IMG/VR virus record: IMGVR_UViG_3300038675_000203
Coordinates: 1-34,794 of that record
DNA from: a virus
Taxonomy: Duplodnaviria > Caudoviricetes
Strand: one strand, 5' to 3'
Length of the DNA: 34,794 bases
This document shows, piece by piece, positions 1 through 8,070 of the stretch (positions within the stretch are counted from its first letter, which is position 1; each line of letters begins with the position of its first letter). Made by a program: the position numbers and the translations under genes. The notes under the pieces are model-generated. The model was not told where the DNA came from and ran no database searches. It saw nothing but the letters and a program-made list of their open reading frames with translations.

Positions 1-53
1 ATAAAAGGTTACGCCGGTTACCAAAATAGTCGGCATATTCGCCAAAATTTTCT

Positions 54-92
54 AAAAAAAGACTTGACATGGTGATTATATCCTGCTATACT
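54..92 (+). promoter_or_regulatory. Bacterial sigma70-type promoter (-35, extended -10, upstream A-tract)
   Basis: TTGACA at 64-69, 17-nt spacer, TG at 84-85, TATACT at 87-92, A7 tract at 54-60. Sequence match only; unexpected beside an archaeal-type virus. Confidence 0.5.
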
Positions 93-97
93 GAAGT

Positions 98-290
98 CAG
101 GTTCCAGGGAATACCTTGAAGGGGTAAGACCAAACGGAAGCCGCCGTATCTGAGATACGGAAGCGAAAGAGTATTTGATAAACACGAAAGTGAATGGATA
201 GTGCTCTTCGGACAAGTGAATAGCATACATGGTCGGGCCAGTGACCGGGTTTTTCCGGAAATGAAGTCAGACCGGAAAATGATTATTTGT
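98..290 (+). ncRNA. Candidate structured RNA of unknown family
   Basis: Consecutive stems downstream of the promoter: TACCTT/GGGGTA (112-126); CCGTATC/GATACGG (144-160); CGAA-GAGTATT/AGTGCTC-TTCG (164-210) enclosing CAC-GAAA-GTG (183-192); GGTC/GACC (231-246); TTTTCCGG/CCGGAAAA (251-279). No convincing ORF. Confidence 0.3.
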
Positions 291-313
291 TTGTTTGTTG
301 AATAACTGATCGT

Positions 314-344
314 AGGAATGAAGGATTGAAGGAATGAAGGATTG
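314..344. repeat. Short tandem repeat (AGGA[A/T]TGA) x~4
   Basis: AGGAATGA AGGATTGA AGGAATGA AGGATTG read directly. Confidence 0.8.
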
Positions 345-458
345 TAAGAATTTTTAAATTAATGTTAAAGATTTAACCCCTCCCCTATATTATATTTTAT
401 GGGATATTTATCCAGGGTAGGTCAGGTAATTTCAGGATACAGATGAGATTTTCAGAAC

Positions 459-477
459 CGAAATTACTTTTAAATAA
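459..477 (+). promoter_or_regulatory. Archaeal BRE-TATA-like element
   Basis: CCGAAATTACTTTTAAATA resembles the methanogen cGAAA-n-TTTAWATA consensus; no gene follows directly. Confidence 0.3.
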
Positions 478-499
478 AATTAAGAAAGTTATAAATGGT

Positions 500-544
500 A
501 AAAAAAAAAAAAAGAATGTAGATCTTTCGATCTCACATTCTTTT
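500..544 (-). terminator. Hairpin plus poly-T terminator-like element for a leftward transcript
   Basis: Minus strand reads AAAAGAATGT-G-AGATC-GAAA-GATCT-ACATTCTTTT running into a T14 tract (A14 at 500-513): a 15-bp stem with one bulge and a GNRA tetraloop. Confidence 0.55.
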
Positions 545-640
545 GTATTTAAAATCTTTCGATCTCACATTCTTTTGTATTTAAAATCTTTCGATCTCTC
601 ATTTAAAATCTTTCAATCCACATTGTATTAATTAATCAAT
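523..640. repeat. Tandem direct repeats: two exact 32-bp units and two degenerate copies
   Basis: TCTTTCGATCTCACATTCTTTTGTATTTAAAA at 523-554 and 555-586; shortened copy at 587-608; variant TCTTTCAATCCACATTGTATT from 609. Confidence 0.9.
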
Positions 641-742
641 TGATTGTAGAATTTATAATTTTAAAATTTATAGAATTTTAAATTATTAATTTTATAACTT
701 ACAATTAACTAATTAATCGTAGAATTTGTAATTCGTAAATTC

Positions 743-782
743 ATAAATTCGTAAATTTATGTTAATAAATTTACGAATTTAT
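743..782. repeat. Perfect 18-bp inverted repeat with 4-nt loop in a very AT-rich tract
   Basis: ATAAATTCGTAAATTTAT (743-760), GTTA, ATAAATTTACGAATTTAT (765-782); a partial direct copy AATTCGTAAATT lies just upstream. Confidence 0.9.
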
Positions 783-926
783 TGATGCGCGTTACTATTT
801 AATCAAGCGACTCGCCATTTATAATAGCAAACCTTCGATAAATCATGCTTCGCAATCATTTAATGAAGCATCTAGCGAATTTAAGTTCTCTTAATAATTA
901 TTATACAATTTCATTAAATTAATACC

Positions 927-941
927 TATAAAAGACTTTCG
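927..941 (-). promoter_or_regulatory. Archaeal BRE-TATA promoter facing left
   Basis: Reverse complement is CGAAAGTCTTTTATA, a close match to Methanosarcina-type BRE+TATA. Confidence 0.55.
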
Positions 942-955
942 ATTTTCAGCCCGCG

Positions 956-995
956 AACTTCTCATAACTTCTCATATTCTCTCATATTTTCACAT
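956..995. repeat. Degenerate 10-bp tandem repeat x4
   Basis: AACTTCTCAT AACTTCTCAT ATTCTCTCAT ATTTTCACAT. Confidence 0.7.
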
Positions 996-1126
996 AAAAA
1001 CGCTATAATTTTCTACAAAAACTACAAACTTTAGCACAAAAATTCCACAAATTCGCGCAACATCTGTGTAAAAATATTAAAAAAGTTACACAAATTATTA
1101 ATATTTAGATCCAATAATATAATTAT

Positions 1127-1190
1127 ATTTAAATACCAAACATAATATTCTGATGAATATTATGATTGAACATGACTAAGTCATGGAGGT
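1127..1190 (+). promoter_or_regulatory. TATA box, two palindromes and Shine-Dalgarno at the head of the structural module
   Basis: ATTTAAATA 1127-1135; CATAATATTC/GAATATTATG 1141-1164; CATGAC/GTCATG 1171-1185; GGAGGT 1185-1190; TTG start at 1197. Confidence 0.6.
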
Positions 1191-1196
1191 AAAAGA

Positions 1197-3443
1197 TTGT
1201 CAGTATCAAACTATGAAGAATTTGTAGCAGCTTTAGCTGCTGGCGGGACTGTGTATTTATCCAAGAATGCAGTCATTACGCTTACTGCAAGTACGCAAAT
1301 TAAGCATTCTAAAACTCGAATTACCAGCAAAGATCCAAAGCACCCCGGAAAATTAATCCTAGAGTCAGGCGCATCCTGGTCTGGACCACTGCTTTATGCC
1401 AATGGATTAACCAATCTCACATTCGATAACTTTATCATCGACGGTAACTTCGATTCTCAGGGTGGAAAGCCGCGCGGTAAGGGATACTTTAATCTCTGTA
1501 ATCTAAAGAACTGTGATAACATTGTAATTCATGATATGCAGATGCGCGATGGCGGCTGCGATGGATTTCAATTCCGTGGATGCAAGTATATTAAAGCTTA
1601 TAACAACAAGATAGAATATCTTGGACATGATGCATTCTATTTTATTGGCTCAAATGCAGAGATTGAAGTCTATAATAACAACGTTTTAACGTTTACCAAC
1701 AGCGCGGTGCGCCTAGCCTATGGCTGTACAAATGCCTGGATTCACGATAACCATTTCCACAGTGTATTCACCGGCGGCTCCACCGGTCCGGCGATTCAAA
1801 TTGATAAGCACGGCTTCAGTGGTATTCTTATCGAGGATAATGTCATTGAAAATGTGAATGGTTGTAGCATCTGGATGACCGGCGATGCTCTCAACAAGGG
1901 ATCAATTGTTATTCGTAACTGTGTATTTAAGAACACTGGCGTTTATAAATCATACACTGGCTACTCGAACGCAGCCATCGTCAATGGTAACATGGATGGA
2001 GTTCTCGTAGAGAACTGTACATTTATAGATGGCAATGTTGGTTACTCAACATTCGACCGAAATGGTCTTTCGGTGTCATTCAATGCTACATTCAAGAATT
2101 GTATATTCTATAGTGCAGCAATTGCAGCATTCAGAATGGCAGATTCCGGCGGATCAGCGAAGATTATAAACTGCAATTTCTATGGTAATAAGGCGATTAT
2201 AATCGATGATTATACAGCAAATGCTACATTCAGTGGTTCTACATCAGTCGATCCGCAGCTTACAACAGCGTATGCTGTTGGTGAAGATAGTCCACTATAT
2301 GGTAAGGGCATCGGTTATAAGTCAGTAACACAGGTGCAGCCTGTTGAAAATGACGAAGTCATTGAAGATCCAGTGAACACTAAAACTACTAGCGCGCGCT
2401 TGATGTCAGCATCAGCAACGGCCGTATTAGCAAATGGTCCATACATTGATGTGGGAAAATCAGCAACTAGCACCTACAGATCGCTGTTCTGGACTGACTT
2501 ATCTGCATACAAGACTCCCATTTATAAAGCTGAACTCCAGCTCTGCTGGTATTATCCCGCTGGCAAGACTCGAGTAAACGATAGTATCATAGAAGTATAT
2601 AGGCCAACGGCCTGGAATGATAAAACTGCCACATGGAATAAGAATGCTAACACGTATTTTGATAGAGATGGCAATATTGCTGGTTCAAAATCATTCGGAT
2701 CTATAACTATAGACAATTTAGCATTGCCCGATAATAAATATAAATCGCTGGATGTAACCGATCTAGTGAATAAATACATCAGTGGTGCATATCCCAATAC
2801 TGGATTCCTGATTAAGACTGCTCTGGAAAACAATGATTACATTGCATTCTATAGTAACACTCACGGTACATTGGCACCAAAGCTTGTTATAACGGCCGTT
2901 GCACCAACCACTGATGTTAAAATCGCCGTGGCCGATAGTCGTAGATTTAAAGAAAACCAGAGTACATCAGTTTTAGACAACAATGTCTATTTGGATGTTG
3001 GTAAATCTAATGGTGCGGCAAGATTTCAGTTAGCATTTGATGTCAGTCAATTTACAAAACCTGTAGAAAGCGCACGGCTTCAACTTGCCTGGTATTATCC
3101 TGCCGGAAAATCGCGGCTTGCTGATACTGTAGTTACTGCATATCGGCCCTTAGCTTCGCTAAGTGATAATATGACCTGGGTTAATAGTGCTAATAACTTT
3201 GCGCCCATGAAAGCATATGGTTCAGTCACTCTTAAAGCTGCTATATTACCAGATGGTAAATTTGAATCTATAGATATTACAGAATTAGTGAATGCTTACA
3301 TAAGTGGTACATATCAAAATACTGGCGTATTTATTAAAGCATTAAACGAAGGTAATAACTATGTAGCGTTCCACGGAGAATCTGCCATCGATTCTGCAAC
3401 CAAACCCTATATATTAATTAAGACTACAGAAACTCTTAAATAA
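1197..3443 (+). CDS. Right-handed beta-helix protein with two C-terminal DNRLRE (disaggregatase-related repeat) domains; putative polysaccharide depolymerase/adhesin
   Basis: N-terminal ~370 aa has pectin-lyase-like repeats (IHDNHFH, IEDNVIEN, IRNCVFKN, STGPAIQI). Two C-terminal repeats each carry Y(I/L)DVGKS...LxWYYPAGK(T/S)RxxD..VxxYRP...D(V/I)T(D/E)LVNxYISGxYxNTG, typical of Methanosarcina disaggregatase repeats. GGAGGT SD; no signal peptide. Confidence 0.8.
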   Translation: MSVSNYEEFVAALAAGGTVYLSKNAVITLTASTQIKHSKTRITSKDPKHPGKLILESGASWSGPLLYANGLTNLTFDNFIIDGNFDSQGGKPRGKGYFNLCNLKNCDNIVIHDMQMRDGGCDGFQFRGCKYIKAYNNKIEYLGHDAFYFIGSNAEIEVYNNNVLTFTNSAVRLAYGCTNAWIHDNHFHSVFTGGSTGPAIQIDKHGFSGILIEDNVIENVNGCSIWMTGDALNKGSIVIRNCVFKNTGVYKSYTGYSNAAIVNGNMDGVLVENCTFIDGNVGYSTFDRNGLSVSFNATFKNCIFYSAAIAAFRMADSGGSAKIINCNFYGNKAIIIDDYTANATFSGSTSVDPQLTTAYAVGEDSPLYGKGIGYKSVTQVQPVENDEVIEDPVNTKTTSARLMSASATAVLANGPYIDVGKSATSTYRSLFWTDLSAYKTPIYKAELQLCWYYPAGKTRVNDSIIEVYRPTAWNDKTATWNKNANTYFDRDGNIAGSKSFGSITIDNLALPDNKYKSLDVTDLVNKYISGAYPNTGFLIKTALENNDYIAFYSNTHGTLAPKLVITAVAPTTDVKIAVADSRRFKENQSTSVLDNNVYLDVGKSNGAARFQLAFDVSQFTKPVESARLQLAWYYPAGKSRLADTVVTAYRPLASLSDNMTWVNSANNFAPMKAYGSVTLKAAILPDGKFESIDITELVNAYISGTYQNTGVFIKALNEGNNYVAFHGESAIDSATKPYILIKTTETLK

Positions 3444-3472
3444 AGCTTTCTATATGCTTCTTTATAAGCATA

Positions 3473-4312
3473 TTGATGGCACTAAGAAATAAAACCGGTG
3501 GGGCTGTGCATACAGACAGAGAACAACAAACTCTGCTCGGTGCCAGCCGCACATTATATGCCAATCAGCCCAACGAAGTTGATTGGATCTTTAATGAGAT
3601 GGAACTCAGTACGGGGGAACTTGCACGTCAATGTACGGCCAGCGTTCGTGTCTGTAAAGATTGCGATCGTATAAGCGGTAATGCTGCAGCTAAATGTCCT
3701 GCATGTGGCGGAGAACTCATAGAATCCAGATGTCGCGAAATTGCTGCATTTGGTAAGAACACATGCGCGACGCACGGCGGAACATTTGCTTTATCACCTC
3801 AGCATAAGGCAAAGCTGATGCGTTCAACTGTTGTTTCTGGAACCACATTTAATCAAATCATGTATTGTCCATGTCAAATTCATGGAGCCAATTGTAAATA
3901 TATTAATCAATACTATGATGCAGATGGTTGCGCACGCTGTGCACCTGAGAAACAATTATACGATAGCATTATAGATCACTTTTCAAGGAACTATGATTTT
4001 AATAGTGATGCAGATTTAATCATTCTACAAAGACTCGCAATGACAATTGTGCGTATCACTCGTAATGAGAGATATATAGCCATGCGCGGAGAAATTATTA
4101 AACGCGAGCGCGGTGCTCCAGATGGTTCTGTCGAAACATGGTTTGAGCCAAACGCTGCATCTGTAATTATTTCCAAATTAGATTCTCAATTATTACAATG
4201 GCTCAAGGGTCTTAATATTACGCGCGCAGCTAGAGAAAATAAAGAAATTATTCAGAAGATGGATTTCTTAACACTATTGTGTGACAGGAATGTGAAAGAA
4301 ATTGAAATATGA
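3473..4312 (+). CDS. terS: Probable terminase small subunit (Cys-rich, zinc-binding)
   Basis: Overlaps the start of terL; CxxC..CxxC ribbon, CxxHGG motif seen in many viral TerS-like proteins, helical C-terminus. Start may be ATG 3476. Confidence 0.65.
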   Translation: MMALRNKTGGAVHTDREQQTLLGASRTLYANQPNEVDWIFNEMELSTGELARQCTASVRVCKDCDRISGNAAAKCPACGGELIESRCREIAAFGKNTCATHGGTFALSPQHKAKLMRSTVVSGTTFNQIMYCPCQIHGANCKYINQYYDADGCARCAPEKQLYDSIIDHFSRNYDFNSDADLIILQRLAMTIVRITRNERYIAMRGEIIKRERGAPDGSVETWFEPNAASVIISKLDSQLLQWLKGLNITRAARENKEIIQKMDFLTLLCDRNVKEIEI

Positions 4313-5675
4313 TTTAGAACGTCTGCGCGTTGATCCAAACTTGTTTGCTGAACAAGTGCTTAATATAGAATTGCATGATGGTCAGCGGCAAATTTTAGAA
4401 TGTAAAGATAGATTTATTGCCGTGCGTGCAGCCAGACGTTTTGGTAAATCATTTGTTTTCAGTGCATATGCTATATGGTTTGCAGCAACCAATCCAAATA
4501 AGAATATAGTTCTTGTCTCGCGATCTCAAAGACAGTCGATGTGGTTATTCGATCAAATCGTAAGATTATTAACACCAACCGCGTTAAACGAATCGATAAC
4601 AAGATTGACAATGAGTGAATTAGAGTTCTCAAATGGCTCTAAAATTACATCACTTCCTGGCGCTTCATATGATTCGTTAAGAGGTATAACTATCGATCTT
4701 GCATTGATAGATGAAGCAGCATATGTGCGCGATGAATTATTTAGTGTTTTATATCCAACTGTTATTACAACGCAGGGTCGAATAGTTCTTATAAGTACGC
4801 CCGGGCTTTCTGCAGGCGAGTTTTACAATGCATGTACCAATAGTGACAGCGGATATACAGCATTCAAATTTACCCACGCCGCGGCGGTATTTAAAGATGG
4901 TAGACCGCACGTTCCGCAGGAAGAATTAGATCGCGAATGTAAACGTGCTGGTGGTGAAGATTCTCCGTTTTGGAAACGCGAATACCTCGTAGAATTTACA
5001 GATGCTGATGGAGCATTCTTTGATATCAAAGCAGTTCAGGATTCAATGGAAAATGATCTCGAACGTAGCATTGTTGCAGAACCAAACCACTCCTATGTAA
5101 TAGGTGCGGATATTGGACAGAAGAATGACTATACTGTATTTGCAGTTTTAGATTATACGGAGCCAGAGAACTGTAAATTAGTTGATCTTATAAGATTTAA
5201 TGGTGAAACTGCTGACACGATTATGCACAGATTGCATGAAACAGCATCAAAATTTTATGCCAAGCGTGTATTAGTGGATTCGGCAGGAATCGGTCAATCG
5301 ATTTTAGAACACTTGCAGGCTAATTATCCTGGCATTAGATATGAAGGATTTAACTTTAATAGAACCAGCAAACCAAAGATAATGAATAATTTAAACATAC
5401 TCTTGGTTCGTAGACATTTGCAATTATTACAGGATAAAGATATTCTGGAGGAAATGGCTTCATTCTTCTATAAAGAAAATCCTGAAACTAAACACATTAG
5501 TATGGCTGGCGCTAATGGCGTCCACGACGATATACCAATTGCTATTGCGCTAGCTGTTGAAGCTAGCGGTGTTATTGAACCGCGCGGTGATATTGCATTA
5601 GTATCACTTGGTGGTAAAGAGAGAAAATATTCAACTAGACAGAATCACGCGCTAAGGCGCAGAGTGTTAATATGA
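4302..5675 (+). CDS. terL: Terminase large subunit
   Basis: Adenine-binding Q (LHDGQ), Walker A RAARRFGKS, Walker B LALIDEAA, motif III ISTP, nuclease acidic residues GADIG and HDDIP. Confidence 0.97.
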   Translation: MKYDLERLRVDPNLFAEQVLNIELHDGQRQILECKDRFIAVRAARRFGKSFVFSAYAIWFAATNPNKNIVLVSRSQRQSMWLFDQIVRLLTPTALNESITRLTMSELEFSNGSKITSLPGASYDSLRGITIDLALIDEAAYVRDELFSVLYPTVITTQGRIVLISTPGLSAGEFYNACTNSDSGYTAFKFTHAAAVFKDGRPHVPQEELDRECKRAGGEDSPFWKREYLVEFTDADGAFFDIKAVQDSMENDLERSIVAEPNHSYVIGADIGQKNDYTVFAVLDYTEPENCKLVDLIRFNGETADTIMHRLHETASKFYAKRVLVDSAGIGQSILEHLQANYPGIRYEGFNFNRTSKPKIMNNLNILLVRRHLQLLQDKDILEEMASFFYKENPETKHISMAGANGVHDDIPIAIALAVEASGVIEPRGDIALVSLGGKERKYSTRQNHALRRRVLI

Positions 5676-6802
5676 TCGCAAATTTAGAACGAGAAAAAGT
5701 GGCGCTCGCTGTTAAACCACTGAAGAAACCTCGCGCCGTGCAGGGAGCTGCAGCATCTACAGAACTAACACCTATTAGTGCAAAGGATGCTGAATTTTTA
5801 GTTTATTCAAACAGCTATGTCAGGCGCGGTGTCGAAAAGACAGCAAATGCTATAGTCAGAAATGGTTATTCTATTACACCTACGAGTAGTAGTGATAAGG
5901 ATATGATAGAACAATTTGCGTCTACTAATAGTTTAACGCAAATGATTATTAATATAACTCGTAATACGTGTATATATGGTAATGCATATCTGGAGTTAGC
6001 ATTGCATAAAGATTATGGACCATTTTTAACACTATTACCGCCGTCAGAAATCGATTATATACGTGATGCTAATAATAAAATTATTTATAAAGATGGTCGT
6101 CCATCTGGTTATACACAAAAGCGTGGTAATGATATTGTCGCAACTTGGTCACCAAATCAAATAGGTCATCTAAGATTTTTAGAATATGGAGCATTGGATA
6201 TTGGTATGTCCATGTTACAACCACTTATACAACCATGTACAGAATATGGATTAACGCGTGCAAATCTTGCCGATGGATTCATACGTTCACTTAATGTCGT
6301 ACATGTAAAAGCAACTGGTGCAACTCAAGAAGAATTAGATGATATTTCTGTAGACATGTCCAGACAATTTACAGCAGAAACTGCATATGTCACATCCGAC
6401 CGTATCGGTATGGATGTTATTAATGCCAATTCTAGTCCCGTGCATCCAAGTGAATATATGGAACCGGCGGTTGCAGAAATCGCAGCAGCATTTGATATGC
6501 CAATTGAATTGATTGCGCCAACTATGAATTTTAAATTAAATGATTTTGATAAACGTAATGCTGAATGGTTAGAAACTATTAAAGATAGACAAGCTGCTAT
6601 AGCTAATATGTTTGAAACTCAAGTGTTTCCGGCATTCACTGATAATCCTGTGAAGATGGAATTTAATTCACCAATGACTATTAACATTAGTGATCTTGTA
6701 ACAAGCATTGGATTTGCTGTGCAATCACAAGCAATGACTCCAGAGATGGCACAAAATATTATTAATACACATCCGGCATTTAAAATACTTCAAGTGTCAT
6801 AA
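5672..6802 (+). CDS. Portal protein
   Basis: Directly after terL (ATGA overlap); portal-like motifs YGNAYLE, GMSMLQPL, IAAAFDMPIELI. Confidence 0.9.
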   Translation: MIANLEREKVALAVKPLKKPRAVQGAAASTELTPISAKDAEFLVYSNSYVRRGVEKTANAIVRNGYSITPTSSSDKDMIEQFASTNSLTQMIINITRNTCIYGNAYLELALHKDYGPFLTLLPPSEIDYIRDANNKIIYKDGRPSGYTQKRGNDIVATWSPNQIGHLRFLEYGALDIGMSMLQPLIQPCTEYGLTRANLADGFIRSLNVVHVKATGATQEELDDISVDMSRQFTAETAYVTSDRIGMDVINANSSPVHPSEYMEPAVAEIAAAFDMPIELIAPTMNFKLNDFDKRNAEWLETIKDRQAAIANMFETQVFPAFTDNPVKMEFNSPMTINISDLVTSIGFAVQSQAMTPEMAQNIINTHPAFKILQVS

Positions 6803-6807
6803 ATATA

Positions 6808-6830
6808 CGAAACATTTAAATAATGTTTCA
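6808..6830 (+). promoter_or_regulatory. Archaeal BRE-TATA promoter for capsid genes within an inverted repeat
   Basis: CGAAAC-ATTTAAATA (6808-6822); GAAACATT/AATGTTTC arms flank the TATA core. Confidence 0.55.
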
Positions 6831-6869
6831 TATAACGCGAGGTATATACGTTGATAGGAGAGAATAAAA

Positions 6870-7037
6870 GTGTCCATCTCTAGTTTCGTAAATAAAAGTT
6901 TCACAACGTCAGTTGGTAATTTGATGCGAAGCTTCGGACGTTTAACAGGAATACATTGTTTTAATATTTTTAACATTCCTGTGTCTGACACATATGGCGC
7001 CTCGACGTCATATGTATTATATAACACGAGGACATAA
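6870..7037 (+). CDS. Possible 55-aa small ORF not in the ORF track
   Basis: AGGAG at 6856-6860, GTG at 6870, open (VSISSFVNKSF...YVLYNTRT) to TAA 7035-7037, which abuts the in-frame ATG of the protease gene. Confidence 0.35.
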   Translation: MSISSFVNKSFTTSVGNLMRSFGRLTGIHCFNIFNIPVSDTYGASTSYVLYNTRT

Positions 7038-8054
7038 ATGGAATCTACCAGAATGCTTTTAGGATTCGCGTTTGATGATATATCAACAGACGATCACGGA
7101 TACGTATATTTTACAGGCACTGCATTAGAGGAGGGCGTATGGAGTGATATGTATGGTAACACTGCATTTTGGCCCAGAGATATTATTCATGCGGGAATGG
7201 AAGGTTTCAGAGGTAAAGCTATTACATGTCAGCACGATGCCGTCGTCGGTCGCGTGTTAGACGTTTATGCTACAGATCTTGGGTTTAAAGCCAAAGGTGT
7301 TATTACATCTAAAAGCGTTGGCGAACTTGTTCTTACTAAAGTTTTAAAAGGTTTAAGCGTTACCACTGAAGCATACGTTGATTCTACTAGAAAGATTGTT
7401 TTACAGTTGATTAATCAACAGGATATTTCCGTTGTTACAAATCCGGCGTGCCGCGTGTGCATGCTAGAAAACACATGGATTGATGATATGAAAGAATTAG
7501 ACACTGAGATTGTTGAGGTTGCTGCATCAGCAAGCGCACAGCCAGTCGATGTTGTTATTGACACAACCGAGACTATTGCGGCTGAACTTAGCGCAACTGA
7601 AACTACAGAAATCATTTCGGATTCATCCGAAATTGAGGCTCTCAACATGCGTTTATCTGCATACGAGGCGCAAGTTGATGAATACAAAGCAAATATTGCC
7701 GGACTTGAGGCAAAGGTTGCTGAACAAGAGATTATGATTGCTGAATTATCCGCAGAGGTATCTGTAGTTAGAGCACAAAATGAAGAGCTCGCTGGCAAAC
7801 AGCGCGAGGAACTCATTGGTGCTATCATGTCTGCCGATCCAAATGCAGATAAAGCAATATTAGAAAAAACTTCCAATGATGCACTTGGCGCATATTTACA
7901 GACTGTAATGAGACTATCTCAGAGAAAGCTTGTGATGTCTGCACCCAAGGGAATGAAAGTTAATGAGGCGCCAGCACAGGAAATGAAATCTGAGCCTGTT
8001 GCTCCTATAAATACCACATTGGCATACATTAACTATTTAAAGAGTAAACAGTAA
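7038..8054 (+). CDS. Prohead protease fused to a coiled-coil scaffold region
   Basis: Lies between portal and MCP. N-terminal protease-like domain (CQHD..VGRV, GLSV, ISVVTNPACxxC); acidic linker and heptad-rich C-terminal half. Confidence 0.8.
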   Translation: MESTRMLLGFAFDDISTDDHGYVYFTGTALEEGVWSDMYGNTAFWPRDIIHAGMEGFRGKAITCQHDAVVGRVLDVYATDLGFKAKGVITSKSVGELVLTKVLKGLSVTTEAYVDSTRKIVLQLINQQDISVVTNPACRVCMLENTWIDDMKELDTEIVEVAASASAQPVDVVIDTTETIAAELSATETTEIISDSSEIEALNMRLSAYEAQVDEYKANIAGLEAKVAEQEIMIAELSAEVSVVRAQNEELAGKQREELIGAIMSADPNADKAILEKTSNDALGAYLQTVMRLSQRKLVMSAPKGMKVNEAPAQEMKSEPVAPINTTLAYINYLKSKQ

Positions 8055-8070
8055 TTAAGGTGAACAATAA

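Noticed and set aside
136-165. Resemblance of GAAGCCGCCGTAT...TACGG to group II intron domain V
   Set aside because: Stem too short, no domain VI or bulged A, and no maturase or intron 5' end.
18-230. 70-aa minus-strand ORF
   Set aside because: No recognisable motif or SD; overlaps the promoter and hairpins on the opposite strand.
443-631. 62-aa ORF in the track
   Set aside because: Runs through an A14 tract and tandem repeats, has no SD and is low complexity; likely spurious.
523-640. Canonical CRISPR array
   Set aside because: Repeats are directly adjacent with no unique spacers, and no cas genes are present; kept only as a repeat-like decoy hypothesis.
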